A stretch of 64,000 nt of DNA from contig JAOZPW010000001.1 in the NCBI GenBank assembly GCA_029932545.1, positions 2,006 through 66,005 of the forward strand, in the 5' to 3' direction. Shown in pieces: positions 28,199 to 42,484 of the stretch. Under the pieces are notes generated by a model, which did not search any database, had not been told where the DNA came from, and saw only the letters and a list, made by a program, of their open reading frames with translations. A program made the position numbers and the translations under genes. Numbering within the stretch: position 1 is the stretch's first letter; every line of letters begins with the position of its first letter. The DNA is from Thermoanaerobaculales bacterium. Its GTDB lineage: Bacteria; Acidobacteriota; Thermoanaerobaculia; Thermoanaerobaculales; Sulfomarinibacteraceae.

Positions 28199-29172
28199 AA
28201 GGCCTGCGGGGCTAGCAGGGCCCCCAGATCAGCGTTGAGATCAAAGACCACCCGACCGCGAAGACCTGGAGCAAAAATATCGTGTTTGGGCGCAAGGGTG
28301 GCCCTCAGAACAAGATGCTCCCCTTCTTTGTGAAGACTCAGTGCTTCAAATGGAAACTGTCCTTCTATTCGATCCAGGCGCCATCCTGAGTCATGATCGG
28401 TCACCCGAAACTCGACGGTCTCTCCCAGTAAATCCTTAATGACGGCACGATCACCCACTGTTGTAGCCTCTTCCACATCGATTCTTCTCTCTAGAATGGC
28501 CGATGGGTCCCGCCACAGCACCGACGCCTCTCCCCCTTCTCGAGCCACCTCAACCGTTGTCGGTTGGGGACCATGGTCGAACATCAGCCCTTCGATCACC
28601 TCTCCATCAACGCGTTGACCCCTGATGAGTATCTGTTCCATGCGTTCTTTGTCGACAGAGCACCGGGTCTTTGAAAACAAATCTTCAATTTCCAACACCG
28701 TATCCCGAAGGAGAAACCTGGCGGAGTCAGAGAACCACAGGAGTGTGAATTCTGGTGGCGTTTGGGAAGCGCTCGAACCTGTCTCCAGAAAAGCCTGCTG
28801 CCGGCCGGCAGCCTCCCGGCAGAGAATCCCTCCATCAAAGGTGTAGACGCCATCTGGACCGAGTTCTTCCCTGCCCAACCCCACCCGCACCGGGAGACCG
28901 GGGGCCACAACGGTACTGCCAACCTCAAACCATGGCCACCGCACTCCAAAGGCCGTTCCCCACCGATGCGGCCCGGAGGAAACCAGGGCTATCAATTCAT
29001 CGAAAGCACCAAGGCCTGAACACCACCTGGCTTCGGCAATCTCCTCCACTTTTCCCTGCTTTGGGCCGCCGATCCTCAGGGGAAAGCGCCGGGCCATCAA
29101 GGCCGCCGCCTCCGCCGCCCCCTGCCGGGGATCAATCCCAGCAGCCGATACCAGGGCAGCAACCCGGTTCAT
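28186..29172 (-). CDS. hypothetical protein, translationally coupled to pdxT
   Basis: 328-aa ORF whose start overlaps the pdxT stop (ATGA). No family recognised. Confidence 0.55.
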   Translation of the reverse strand: MNRVAALVSAAGIDPRQGAAEAAALMARRFPLRIGGPKQGKVEEIAEARWCSGLGAFDELIALVSSGPHRWGTAFGVRWPWFEVGSTVVAPGLPVRVGLGREELGPDGVYTFDGGILCREAAGRQQAFLETGSSASQTPPEFTLLWFSDSARFLLRDTVLEIEDLFSKTRCSVDKERMEQILIRGQRVDGEVIEGLMFDHGPQPTTVEVAREGGEASVLWRDPSAILERRIDVEEATTVGDRAVIKDLLGETVEFRVTDHDSGWRLDRIEGQFPFEALSLHKEGEHLVLRATLAPKHDIFAPGLRGRVVFDLNADLGALLAPQAFQKS

Positions 29173-29765
29173 CGGCCCTGCCGTTCTATTTCCCGAAGGA
29201 AAAGTTCGTGAATCACTGTGCCCTTTCCCAGCTCTGGATGGAATGTGGCGGCCAGGATTCCCGGGGACCGAAGAAGAACCGGATCATCACCCCTCCACGC
29301 CAGGGTCTCAACGCCTTCGCCAACCCTTGTGACCCTCGGCGCCCTGATAAAAACAGCCTCGCCGGCGTTGTCTCCCTGATATTGAGGACTGAAGTGCAAG
29401 GCTTCGACCGATGAAAAGACCTGACGACCATATGCGTTTCTTTCGATGTCAACGTCCAGGGCGCCAAGACTCTGCTGGTGGGGGGTGACCTTTTTTGCGA
29501 GGAGTATCACTCCGGCGCAGGTTGCCAGCACCGGGAGCCCAGAGTCAATTCTCTTTCTGATCCGCACGAAAAGCTCTTGCGGTTCCATCAGGCGCAGCAT
29601 TGCAGAGCTCTCGCCGCCAGGAAGCAACAAGGCGTCGACCGCCTCCAGCTCATTTGCCGTTCGGACGAGGACACTCGAGACTCCGAGCCGTCGAAAGACC
29701 CCGCGATGCGCTTCAAACGCACCCTGAAGGGCCAGAACCCCAATTACGTGCTGATCCTTCAACAT
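29169..29765 (-). CDS. pdxT: pyridoxal 5'-phosphate synthase glutaminase subunit PdxT
   Basis: ORF 29169..29825 trimmed to ATG 29765. IGVLALQGAFEAH, LLLPGGESSAM, CAGVILL and FHPEL motifs. Confidence 0.9.
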   Translation of the reverse strand: MLKDQHVIGVLALQGAFEAHRGVFRRLGVSSVLVRTANELEAVDALLLPGGESSAMLRLMEPQELFVRIRKRIDSGLPVLATCAGVILLAKKVTPHQQSLGALDVDIERNAYGRQVFSSVEALHFSPQYQGDNAGEAVFIRAPRVTRVGEGVETLAWRGDDPVLLRSPGILAATFHPELGKGTVIHELFLREIERQGR

Positions 29766-29910
29766 CTTCGGAAACTCAAAGCCTGCTTTCTGGTCAGGCG
29801 CCTGCACCCGCCACCCAAAGAACACATCAAAGGGTCCCGGTGATTTTTTTGGGCCCCTTTTATGGACAGATAGCCGACAGCTGATAGCCGATAGCTACCA
29901 TGTTCGACTG

Positions 29911-30798
29911 TTACCATCCACGCCGGGAGAGCATTTCCTCTGTCGTGAGTTTTCCGGAATCCAAGCCTGACATCGCCTCACCCAAACCCTTTGAGATTTC
30001 CAAAAGCTTGGAGGGGTCTTGCCAATGGGTCACTGCCTGAACGATTGCCTTCGCCCGCCGGTCAGGGTCATTCGCTTTGAAAATTCCCGATCCAACGAAA
30101 ACCGACTCGGCACCCAACTCCATCACCAAAGCCGCATCTGCGGGCGTCGCAATTCCTCCCGCGGCAAAGTTGGGAACAGGAAGTCGCCCATGTTCCGCAA
30201 CCCAACAGACCCACTCATAGGGGGCCTGGATCTCTTTGGCGTAGGCCATCAGTTCATGCTGATCAAGGATCCCAAGTGTACGAATGCCCCGCTGCACGGC
30301 CCTCATGTGCCGAACGCCTTCGACGATATCTCCGGAACCGGCTTCCCCTTTGGTTCGAATCATCGCGGCGCCTTCACCGATACGACGAAGAGCCTCGCCC
30401 AGGTTCCTGCAGCCGCAGACAAAAGGCACGTCGAACCCGTGTTTGTTGACATGGTTTTCATCGTCCGCCGGCGTCAAGACCTCACTCTCGTCGACGAAGT
30501 CGACCTCGAGAGCCTGGAGCATGCGAGCCTCGGCAATGTGCCCGATTCGACACTTTGCCATCACAGGAATCTGAACAGTTTCTTGGATTTCCTGGATCTT
30601 CTCCAGGGCGGCCATTCGTGCCACCCCGCCTTGAACCCGGATGTCGGCCGGCACGCGCTCCAACGCCATGACGGCGGCAGCGCCGGCATCCTCAGCGATC
30701 TTCGCCTGATCCGCTGTGGTGACATCCATAATCACGCCACCTTTCAGCATTTCGGCCAACCCAACCTTTATTTGGAACTTTTTATCATGGTTTTGCAT
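29911..30798 (-). CDS. pdxS: pyridoxal 5'-phosphate synthase lyase subunit PdxS
   Basis: 295-aa ORF: [50 protein letters not shown]. Confidence 0.95.
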   Translation of the reverse strand: MQNHDKKFQIKVGLAEMLKGGVIMDVTTADQAKIAEDAGAAAVMALERVPADIRVQGGVARMAALEKIQEIQETVQIPVMAKCRIGHIAEARMLQALEVDFVDESEVLTPADDENHVNKHGFDVPFVCGCRNLGEALRRIGEGAAMIRTKGEAGSGDIVEGVRHMRAVQRGIRTLGILDQHELMAYAKEIQAPYEWVCWVAEHGRLPVPNFAAGGIATPADAALVMELGAESVFVGSGIFKANDPDRRAKAIVQAVTHWQDPSKLLEISKGLGEAMSGLDSGKLTTEEMLSRRGW

Positions 30799-30848
30799 TA
30801 CACCCTCCGAACCGCCGCATTGTACACCCTAGAGGTCCGGCCGGACCT

Positions 30849-31442
30849 CTAGACATGCATACCGGATTCGTTTTTTGTTTGTGGCGTCACCCCTGGTTTT
30901 CGGCGCAACCGGAGAAGGGACACCGTGTTGACAACGATGTGGGCAGCAGCAGCGGCCGGATACCCCCACTGTTCAAAAACTAGACCGAACGCCAAGCCAA
31001 GAACCAGTGCAATCACCGGCCACGCCCAAAGACGACGGTCCGGAACGATGTGCAACAGGGCGAAGAGAACCGCAGCAGCCACCAACCCAATCCACGGCTG
31101 AAGCAGGGCTCTGATCAATGCCTCTTCAGCCAGGCCGGAAAAGACCGCGACCGCCACAGCATCAAAGAAGCTCCAGCCCTGGACCATGTCGGCCTGCCAT
31201 CGCTCGAGGTCTTTGACGATTGGGACGAAGAGCAGGACCCCCATGAAGGCCAGAGCGACCCCTCCAGCAACAACGCCGGCGCCGAGCGACTCTATCCACG
31301 GTGTCCGGGGCAGCAGCGCCGTCATTGGTCCTTGGCCCCTGAAGAATAATCCGACCGCAGCCACGACCGCCAGAACACCCTCCTGGTGCAGCAGCGCCGT
31401 AGCCCGTATTGGCACGGGATCAACGGTGAATGATCGTGTCAC
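30849..31442 (-). CDS. CPBP-family intramembrane glutamic endopeptidase (CAAX protease-like)
   Basis: 197-aa hydrophobic ORF with [12 protein letters not shown] and FALLHIV motifs. Its start overlaps the gyrA stop. Confidence 0.7.
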   Translation of the reverse strand: MTRSFTVDPVPIRATALLHQEGVLAVVAAVGLFFRGQGPMTALLPRTPWIESLGAGVVAGGVALAFMGVLLFVPIVKDLERWQADMVQGWSFFDAVAVAVFSGLAEEALIRALLQPWIGLVAAAVLFALLHIVPDRRLWAWPVIALVLGLAFGLVFEQWGYPAAAAAHIVVNTVSLLRLRRKPGVTPQTKNESGMHV

Positions 31443-33952
31443 GCCTCGGTTTGGGGTTCATTATCAACTTGGGGTTCATTATCAACCGGTTCGCCCTCGT
31501 CGGCATCAATAACTTTGGCGACTGAAACGACCTTGTCCCTTTCACCAACACGGATAACTCGGACACCCTGTGTGGCCCGGCCCGCTTGTCGTATCTCCTC
31601 AACCCTGGTCCGGATGACAATGCCCTTTTCGGTGACCAGAAGTACCTGGTCAACCTCTGTCACACACCGGATCCCGGCGACCATTCCATTTTTCTCGGTG
31701 AGCCGGATGAGAATAATGCCCTTCCCTCCGCGTCCCTGCACACGGAATTCCGAGAGTTGGGTACGCTTGCCAAACCCCTGGTCGGTCACGACCAGGATGT
31801 CCGCCTCGGAATCCGCTTCGAAGGAGGCAACTTCCTCGACCCAATCGTCGGTCCCTATTGTGATTCCTCGGACCCCCGCGGCGGTCCTGCCCATCGATCG
31901 AACCTGATCCTCGTGAAAACGAATGGCCCGCCCGCGATGCGTTCCCATGAACACATGGCTGTTGCCGGTCGTCAGGTGCACGGTCAACAGGTCGTCGTCC
32001 TCGTTGATGGTGACCGCTCGTAACCCACTGGTTCTGATGTTTTCGAACTCACTGAGCGCGGTACGCTTGACCCTCCCTTTTCGTGTGGCAAAGAACAGGA
32101 ACTGATCCTCTTTGTCGTCAAAGTTCCGAACCGCCAAAAGGGTTTCAATCCTCTCATTTTCCCCAAGTTTTAGAAGGTTGACCATTGCCCGCCCCTTGGC
32201 GTTGGGGGCAACTTGGGGCAACTCGTAGACCTTCCTGGAAAAAACACGTCCGGTGTTGGTGAAAAAGAGCATCGTCGCGTGGGTCGAGGCGACGAAGAGT
32301 TTCCAGACCTCGTCCTCCGCCTTGGTTGCCATGCCCACCTTGCCCCGTCCACCTCGCCGCTGGGCCCGATATTCAGTCAACGCTGTCCGCTTGATGTAGC
32401 CCCCACGGGTTACCGTGATGACCATGTCCTCTTCGACAATTAGATCCTCCATCTCAATGTCGGAATAATCGTCAACAATCTCGGTTCGTCGAACGTCTCC
32501 GAAAGTGGCTTTGACTACTTCCAGTTCCTCAATGACGATATCTTCGACCATAATGTCGGACCGAAGAATCTCCTCGAGATGTGCAATTGTTGCCTGGAGT
32601 TCCCGGTACTCCTCAAGGATTTTGTCACGCTCCAGGCCCGTCAACCGCTGCAGGCGCATGTCGAGGATGGCCTGCGCCTGAAGTGCTGACAACCCAAACT
32701 CTTCCATGAGGCCCGCTTTGGCTTCTGGGGGGTCTGCCGCTGCCCTGATGAGCTTGATGACAGCATCGAGGTTGTCCAGTGCAATGACCAGTCCCTCGAG
32801 GATATGGGCGCGCTCCTTGGCCCGGGCCAGGTCAAACTGTGTACGCCGCACGACCACTTCTTTCCGGTGGTCGATGAAATGGCCAAGCAGTTCTTTCAGG
32901 CTAAAGACCTTTGGCTGCTTGTTAAGAATTCCCAAAAGGATGATCCCGAAGGAGGCCTGCATCTGGGTCTGTTTGTAGAGTTGATTGAGGACGATCTCGG
33001 GAATTGCGTCTCGTTTGAGTTCGATTACAACCCGGATCCCATCCCGGTCACTCTCATCTCTGAGGTCGGCGATGCCGTCAATTTTCTTTGTATGGACCAG
33101 GCTGGCTATTTTTTCAACCAGGGTTGCCTTGTTCACCTGATAAGGCAACTCTTCCACGATGATACGTGGGCGTTTCTTGCCGTCGGGCTCTTCGATGCGT
33201 ACCCGGGCCCGCATCCTCAGGCTGCCTCGGCCGGTCCGATAGGCATCGACGATGCCCCGCCGCCCGTGAATAAACCCGGCCGTCGGAAAGTCGGGACCGG
33301 GAATCAAGGACAACAGTTCATCGAACGACACCTCCGGGTTTCGGCAAACGGCCATAGCGCCGTCGATGATTTCTCCAATATTATGGGGCGGAATATTGGT
33401 CGCCATACCTACAGCAATACCGGTAGACCCATTGACCAAAAGGTTGGGGTAGGAGGCCGGCAGAACCTGTGGTTCACTCATCGACCCGTCGTAATTGGGG
33501 CTCCAGTCCACGGTCTCTTTGTCGATGTCGTCACCGAGAAGTTGATGCGCCAGGCGAGTCAGGCGAACCTCGGTATAACGCATCGCAGCAGCAGCATCTC
33601 CGTCAACCGAACCGAAGTTGCCCTGGCCGTCAACCAGGATGTATCGCATGGAGAATTCCTGAGCCATACGAACGGCGGTATTGTAAATCGCCAAATCGCC
33701 ATGGGGGTGGTACTTACCCATGACGTCACCGACGATGCGTGCCGATTTCTTGTAGGGCCGGCCGGCGGTACTCCCGCTTTCCCACATGCCGTAGAGGATT
33801 CGACGGTGAACCGGCTTGAGTCCATCCCGAACATCAGGCAATGCGCGCCCGATGATCACGGACATCGCATAATCCAGGTACGAATTCTTCAGTTCTTCTT
33901 CAATAGCGATCGGCTGGCTTTGGCCTCGTGGCGTGTTATGGGTTTCATTCAT
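31439..33952 (-). CDS. gyrA: DNA gyrase subunit A
   Basis: 837-aa ORF: [12 protein letters not shown], the active-site region AAAMRYTE, and C-terminal beta-pinwheel repeats with an acidic tail. Confidence 0.97.
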   Translation of the reverse strand: MNETHNTPRGQSQPIAIEEELKNSYLDYAMSVIIGRALPDVRDGLKPVHRRILYGMWESGSTAGRPYKKSARIVGDVMGKYHPHGDLAIYNTAVRMAQEFSMRYILVDGQGNFGSVDGDAAAAMRYTEVRLTRLAHQLLGDDIDKETVDWSPNYDGSMSEPQVLPASYPNLLVNGSTGIAVGMATNIPPHNIGEIIDGAMAVCRNPEVSFDELLSLIPGPDFPTAGFIHGRRGIVDAYRTGRGSLRMRARVRIEEPDGKKRPRIIVEELPYQVNKATLVEKIASLVHTKKIDGIADLRDESDRDGIRVVIELKRDAIPEIVLNQLYKQTQMQASFGIILLGILNKQPKVFSLKELLGHFIDHRKEVVVRRTQFDLARAKERAHILEGLVIALDNLDAVIKLIRAAADPPEAKAGLMEEFGLSALQAQAILDMRLQRLTGLERDKILEEYRELQATIAHLEEILRSDIMVEDIVIEELEVVKATFGDVRRTEIVDDYSDIEMEDLIVEEDMVITVTRGGYIKRTALTEYRAQRRGGRGKVGMATKAEDEVWKLFVASTHATMLFFTNTGRVFSRKVYELPQVAPNAKGRAMVNLLKLGENERIETLLAVRNFDDKEDQFLFFATRKGRVKRTALSEFENIRTSGLRAVTINEDDDLLTVHLTTGNSHVFMGTHRGRAIRFHEDQVRSMGRTAAGVRGITIGTDDWVEEVASFEADSEADILVVTDQGFGKRTQLSEFRVQGRGGKGIILIRLTEKNGMVAGIRCVTEVDQVLLVTEKGIVIRTRVEEIRQAGRATQGVRVIRVGERDKVVSVAKVIDADEGEPVDNEPQVDNEPQTEA

Positions 33953-33963
33953 GGGTTGTTCCG

Positions 33964-37466
<3,503 letters not shown>

Positions 37467-37495
37467 AACTGCCGGTGAGCGTGTAACCCCAAGTT

Positions 37496-38602
37496 CTACT
37501 GCCGCATCGGCATCAGAACGTAGATATACTCCTCAAGACGAGGGTCATCCTCAACCGGAACAACCACCGTCTGCGTATTTCCATCTTTCATCTGCAATTC
37601 AACAACATCAACATCCAGCGCTTGAAGAACATCCATTAAATAAACGGCATTAAGGGCTACATCGATCGATTCACCCTGATACGAGATGGTTAAGATTTCT
37701 TCGGCACTCCCCTTGTCCGACCCCATGGAAATCAACGTCATCTCGCCGGCGCTCGGATCAAAACGGAAACGAACCCCTCGCGCCTTCTCATGCGCCATCA
37801 AACTGACTCGCCGAAGCGATGACAACAGTTCTTGTCGATCTACCCGGGCCCGGTAGGGATTATCTCTGACGATCACCCTTTCATATTGAGGAAAACGGAG
37901 ATCGACAATCCGGGACACCAGTGTCCTGTCTCCCATCCAAAAGCCCATATGGTTTTCTCCAACAGAAATGCGAACATTTTCGTCAGAGAAGCGACTGAAT
38001 TCCGTCAAGAGTTTTCGGGGGAAAAGTTGTTGTTCAAACGGAGGTGTGTCCATCGGCGCTGCAGCCCTGACGACTGCAAGGCGATGTCCGTCGGTAGCGG
38101 CAATTTCTATCTCACCTGGGAGAAGTTTAACCAACGCCCCGTTGAGCTGAAATTTTGGGTCGTCCTTTGTAATTGCAAAATCAATACGCTTCAACATTAA
38201 CTGAAAAAGGTCGAGAGGAAGTTGATAGTCACTGGAATCCGGAACCTCCGGGACAGTCGGATACTCAGCCGGATCGGTTACGGACAAACGCGAATGAAAT
38301 CTTCCACTCGTGATTTCAACGGCATCTCCATCCAATCTCAGAACAAAATCCTCCGCCGGCAAATTGCGCACCAGATTCTGGAAAACCCGATTCTCGAGGG
38401 TCACCCTTCCTCCGGTGTGAACAGCGGCGGCACACTCCGTCAATATTGTCAGGTCAAGATCCGTCGCAACCAACCGAAGACCATCCTCAACCGTCTCGGC
38501 CAGAATGTTTGCAAGAATCGGAATTGTCGTTCGATGTTCGACAACACCCTGCAGAATTGAAAGCTCCTGAAGTACGAGGTTACGCTGTAATTTTACTTCC
38601 AT
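37496..38602 (-). CDS. dnaN: DNA polymerase III beta sliding clamp
   Basis: ORF 37496..38605 (TTG) trimmed to ATG 38602. Three-domain beta-clamp length, ending in MPMRQ. Confidence 0.95.
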   Translation of the reverse strand: MEVKLQRNLVLQELSILQGVVEHRTTIPILANILAETVEDGLRLVATDLDLTILTECAAAVHTGGRVTLENRVFQNLVRNLPAEDFVLRLDGDAVEITSGRFHSRLSVTDPAEYPTVPEVPDSSDYQLPLDLFQLMLKRIDFAITKDDPKFQLNGALVKLLPGEIEIAATDGHRLAVVRAAAPMDTPPFEQQLFPRKLLTEFSRFSDENVRISVGENHMGFWMGDRTLVSRIVDLRFPQYERVIVRDNPYRARVDRQELLSSLRRVSLMAHEKARGVRFRFDPSAGEMTLISMGSDKGSAEEILTISYQGESIDVALNAVYLMDVLQALDVDVVELQMKDGNTQTVVVPVEDDPRLEEYIYVLMPMRQ

Positions 38603-38605
38603 CAA

Positions 38606-38840
38606 CGACTCCTCCGACGAAGGATAATCCCATAATCTGTGTAAAAGCTAACATAAGTATTCATCGTCGTCGAGACAGTGAAAAAGTAGCATAAAGCACG
38701 GAAATGTTCTATCGAAACAAGATAAGGGCTAAAAAACCTGTGTATATTTCTGTGTGTTTTCTGTGGAAGAGGGAGAGTCACCAGCAAAACCCACAGGAAA
38801 ACACAGGTTATTGACATAAAATTCACAGGGGTCTGTGAAA
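38606..38840. other. candidate chromosomal replication origin (oriC), dnaA-dnaN spacer
   Basis: 235-bp AT-rich spacer with at least 8 DnaA-box-like 9-mers ending in CACA (or TGTG on the other strand). Examples: TGTGTAAAA 38638..38646, TGTGTATAT 38739..38747, TGTGGAAGA 38762..38770, AAATTCACA 38819..38827, TGTGAAATC 38834..38842. Confidence 0.6.
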
Positions 38841-40142
38841 TCAGGGGCGCTGAAAATGGTCTGTGAAGGAGGTGAGTGTTGCGTCAAAATCCGGATTGGA
38901 ACGTCTCATTTTTCCAACAGTTTCAACCGCATACATTGCGGTTGAGTGATGTTTGGAAAAAAGGCGGCCGATTTCCGGATAACTGAGATCCAAAAGATCC
39001 CGAATCAGAAACATTGAGACCTGACGAGGAAGAGCGATAGATCGACGATTATTGCGACCTTTGATGTCGGAAACCCGAATACCATAGTGTTGGGCAACGA
39101 ATCGAATAATGTGATTAGGCGTGGTTTCCTGTTCTTCTGGGAGGATATCAAAGAGAGCCTGGCGGACGACGTCGGTAGTCAGGGGTGCGTTTCTCAATTG
39201 GGAAAAAGCAATTGTACGATTGAGGCAACCCTCCAATTCTCGAACGTTGTTTTGAACTTGGCGAGCGATAAAAAGGACGACATCTTCGGGAAGATCCCAT
39301 CCTTGGGCCCGACCCTTCTCTTTCAAAATGGCACAACGGGTTTCAAGGTCAGGAGGTTGGATATCAGTCAGCAGACCCTGCATGAAGCGGGTGCGAAGAC
39401 GTTCTTCGAGTCCCTTGATGTCGGCGGGTCGGCAGTCGGAGGTAAACACAACCTGTCTTCCGGAACTTTGAAGGGTGTTGAAGGTATGGAAAAATTCCTG
39501 CTGTGTTGCTTCCTTGCCGCCAATGAACTGGATGTCATCGACTAAAAGGATGTCCACATCTCTGAAGGTCTGGCGAAACAGGTCAAGATCCTTGGTCTGA
39601 AGACAGTAGATAAACTCATTTACGAACTGTTCGGTAGTCAGGTAAACGACTCGAAGGCCCGGTTTTTTTTCGACGGCCCTATGAGCAACCGCATGGAGCA
39701 GGTGCGTTTTTCCAAGACCGGAGCCCCCATAGATAAACAAGGGATTGTACGTCTCTCCTGGCCGCTCGGCGACGGCTTCTGCAGCCGCACAGGCAAATTG
39801 ATTTGACGGCCCGATGACAAAACGGTCGAAAGTGAAATGAGGAGTCAGGGGCAGCGTTTGTATTCTTCGGGTTGATTCCTTCTGGCTTGGAATCGAGGAC
39901 GGTTGCACTGAACCCAAACGAACTTGGAATTGCCGACCAAAATGGCTCCGGGCTACGGCCTCGAGGTCGCTGATGAGATGGTCCTTGATCCAGTCGAGAA
40001 CGATTGGTTTGTCGGAGGTCAGAACCAGGAGATCCTTTGTTTCCTCTTGAACCTGCAGCGGGGGAACCCAGGTTTCATAATCCTCATCACCGAGCATTTG
40101 GCGGAGGTGCGGTTGAAGTGCAAGCCATTTATTCATAACCAT
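38841..40142 (-). CDS. dnaA: chromosomal replication initiator protein DnaA
   Basis: ORF 38841..40199, start placed at ATG 40142 (MVMNKW...). AAA+ motifs GGSGLGKTHLLHA and LLVDDIQF, with a C-terminal DNA-binding helix region (HSTAMYA). Confidence 0.95.
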   Translation of the reverse strand: MVMNKWLALQPHLRQMLGDEDYETWVPPLQVQEETKDLLVLTSDKPIVLDWIKDHLISDLEAVARSHFGRQFQVRLGSVQPSSIPSQKESTRRIQTLPLTPHFTFDRFVIGPSNQFACAAAEAVAERPGETYNPLFIYGGSGLGKTHLLHAVAHRAVEKKPGLRVVYLTTEQFVNEFIYCLQTKDLDLFRQTFRDVDILLVDDIQFIGGKEATQQEFFHTFNTLQSSGRQVVFTSDCRPADIKGLEERLRTRFMQGLLTDIQPPDLETRCAILKEKGRAQGWDLPEDVVLFIARQVQNNVRELEGCLNRTIAFSQLRNAPLTTDVVRQALFDILPEEQETTPNHIIRFVAQHYGIRVSDIKGRNNRRSIALPRQVSMFLIRDLLDLSYPEIGRLFSKHHSTAMYAVETVGKMRRSNPDFDATLTSFTDHFQRP

Positions 40143-40298
40143 CGGGGAGCTTACCATCAACACGATTAAGGGACACCCCCGCTGATAAAGAAAACACAAA
40201 CCGAAACAAAGGTGGCCCCTTCAGCGGCGTGTAGACTTGACACCCGAGGAGTCCTGCGTTAAGGTTTGCCGCCCTATGTATTTGGAGTGTGATGTATC

Positions 40299-40433
40299 AT
40301 GAAAAGAACATTCCAGCCGAACAACAGGCGCAGGAAGAAAAAACACGGGTTCCGGCTTCGGATGCGGACTCGCAACGGTCGCAAAATTCTCAGAGCGCGA
40401 CGGAGAAAAGGACGCAAGACGATCTCGGCCTGA
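40299..40433 (+). CDS. rpmH: 50S ribosomal protein L34
   Basis: Hand-translated 44-aa ORF, absent from the ORF track: [44 protein letters not shown]. It is hidden in another frame of ORF 40289..40822. Confidence 0.93.
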   Translation: MKRTFQPNNRRRKKKHGFRLRMRTRNGRKILRARRRKGRKTISA

Positions 40434-40444
40434 GCGGCCGGGGC

Positions 40445-40822
40445 TTGCCCAAAACACGACGCCTTCGTAAAAGGGCGGATTTCCAAAGGATTTATCGGAA
40501 CGGCATTCGAGTCGTAGGCCGATTTGTTGTGCTGTTTGTGGAAACCGGTCCCTTGGCACAGAGGCGCCTGGGCATTACAGCGTCCCGAAAGATTGGGCCG
40601 GCAGTCACCAGAAATCGATGTAAACGGCGAATTCGAGAGTTGTTTCGATTGAACAGCAGGCTGTTGTTTGGTGGTGACTTTGATATGGTAGTGAATGCCC
40701 GCCGGGGTTGTGCTGATGTGGCCTGGCAGGAAATTTTGCACGATTACACTCGGTGTCTGTCCCGTCTTCATCGGATCCTTGAAGAGAAAGACCGGGGCGA
40801 ACCGACCGCAACCAAGAGGTGA
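40445..40822 (+). CDS. rnpA: ribonuclease P protein component
   Basis: C-terminal ~125 aa of ORF 40289..40822 (LPKTRRLRKRADFQRIYRNG...RNRCKRRIRE). The start is tentatively TTG 40445, just after the rpmH stop. Confidence 0.8.
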   Translation: MPKTRRLRKRADFQRIYRNGIRVVGRFVVLFVETGPLAQRRLGITASRKIGPAVTRNRCKRRIRELFRLNSRLLFGGDFDMVVNARRGCADVAWQEILHDYTRCLSRLHRILEEKDRGEPTATKR

Positions 40823-40825
40823 TCA

Positions 40826-42484
40826 ATGTCGATGGAAAAGCGAATTCTGATCGCCTTTGTGCTGTCAGCCATTATCTTTGCCATATGGTCCATAATCTTT
40901 CCTCCCCCAAAACCGGTCCGCACCAAGGTGGTTGAGACGGCGGTTACGACGGCGGCAAGCACCGTCGACGAAACAGGGGTGATGGAAGAAGGCAGCGTTG
41001 AGACGGCCGCCGTTGCCGGCACACAAAGCCTTCTTGGTGCAACGGGCGGCGGGCAGGCGTTGGTTGTTAAAATGTCCAACGATGTCATGGACATTGCGTT
41101 CAATACGCAAGGTGCGTCTATTGAGAGTTTAGTTCTCAAGAGATTTGATGATGTTGCCGGAGAACCCCTGAATCTGGTTCAGTCTGTCGAACATCCCGAA
41201 AGAACACACCCGCTTCAAATGGTCATTGATGGGTCTCCGGACACACGGGTGTACGAGGCCGTTGAGACCAATGGGCTCCTGACGTTTACCTGGGCGGACG
41301 GAGAGGGTCGGTCGATCATTAAAACAGTCTCGATTGACCAGGGATACGGGCTGAATGTTTCGGTTGAGGTACAAGGCGTCGGCCCCGAGAGCGTGATGAG
41401 TCTCGGTACCGGCATGCGTGATACCGGCCCTGTTGAAAGAGCCAACCGCTTTGCAACCTGGGGCGATGCAACGGTTGTGACGGTTGAGGACAAGGAAGAT
41501 TACCGCCGAGAAAAGGTCGACGGCTCTGTTTCGGTTCAGGGAACCGGCTTGAGGTTTACGGGCTTTGAAGACACCTATTTTCTCAGCGTCTTCCGTGCCG
41601 AAGAAGGCGTGTCAAAGGTCGTAATTAACAAACTTTCTCTAACCGAGACCGACGACAAGGGAGAGGTGGTTGATCTTCCGGTTCTTCGTGTCGATATCGT
41701 CTCGTCTTCGGGCTTGTTCAAAGGAGAGCTTTTCTCCGCGCCGAAGGAATTTGACCTCTTACAGAAAGAAGGTGGGGGGCTGGAAGAGACCCTGCATTTT
41801 GGGATTTTCCATCCGATCGCAGTATTTTTTCTTAAAGTCTTGCGATGGATTTTTGGTTATGTCGGCAACTGGGGTTGGGCCATTGTGCTTCTGACGGTGG
41901 CCATTCGTATGGCGCTCTTTCCCTTGATGCACAAGTCGACGGTGTCGATGCGCCGGATGCAGAAGGTTCAGCCCAAGGTCAAGGCGATTCAGGAGAAGTA
42001 CAAGAAAAACAAAACCGACCCCCAAGTCCGGCAAAAAATGAACCAGGAGACGATGGCGCTCTACAAAGAAGAGGGGGTCAACCCGGTGGGAGGGTGTCTC
42101 CCAATGTTGGTGCAAATGCCAATTCTCTTCGCACTTTACACGTTATTCGCCCACGCGATTGAGCTCCGGCATGCCCCGTTTATCTGGTGGATTACCGATC
42201 TCAGCGCGAAGGATCCGATTTACATCACACCAGTGTTAATGACGGCAACGATGTGGTTACAGCAACGCTTGGCGCCACAGGCCGGGGATCCCAACCAGAT
42301 GCGCATGATGCGCATGATGCCGCTGGTCTTTGGAATTATGTTTCTTGGTTTTCCCGCCGGTTTGGTGCTGTATTGGTTGACCAATAATGTGGTTTCGATC
42401 CTTCAGCAAGAGGTTACACTTCACCTGGTAGGTGAGCGAAAACGGCCTGGCGGCGGGCGGCGGCAGGCGAAGGGGAAAAAGTAA
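40826..42484 (+). CDS. yidC: membrane protein insertase YidC
   Basis: 552-aa ORF with an N-terminal TM, a periplasmic domain, and a conserved C-terminal core (GWAIVLLTVAIRMALFPL, GCLPMLVQMPILFALY). Confidence 0.93.
   Translation: MSMEKRILIAFVLSAIIFAIWSIIFPPPKPVRTKVVETAVTTAASTVDETGVMEEGSVETAAVAGTQSLLGATGGGQALVVKMSNDVMDIAFNTQGASIESLVLKRFDDVAGEPLNLVQSVEHPERTHPLQMVIDGSPDTRVYEAVETNGLLTFTWADGEGRSIIKTVSIDQGYGLNVSVEVQGVGPESVMSLGTGMRDTGPVERANRFATWGDATVVTVEDKEDYRREKVDGSVSVQGTGLRFTGFEDTYFLSVFRAEEGVSKVVINKLSLTETDDKGEVVDLPVLRVDIVSSSGLFKGELFSAPKEFDLLQKEGGGLEETLHFGIFHPIAVFFLKVLRWIFGYVGNWGWAIVLLTVAIRMALFPLMHKSTVSMRRMQKVQPKVKAIQEKYKKNKTDPQVRQKMNQETMALYKEEGVNPVGGCLPMLVQMPILFALYTLFAHAIELRHAPFIWWITDLSAKDPIYITPVLMTATMWLQQRLAPQAGDPNQMRMMRMMPLVFGIMFLGFPAGLVLYWLTNNVVSILQQEVTLHLVGERKRPGGGRRQAKGKK

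Noticed and set aside
40289-40444. N-terminal ~50 aa of ORF 40289..40822 as part of RnpA
   Set aside because: This stretch overlaps rpmH (L34), which is read in another frame. RnpA homology starts near LPKTRRLRK.
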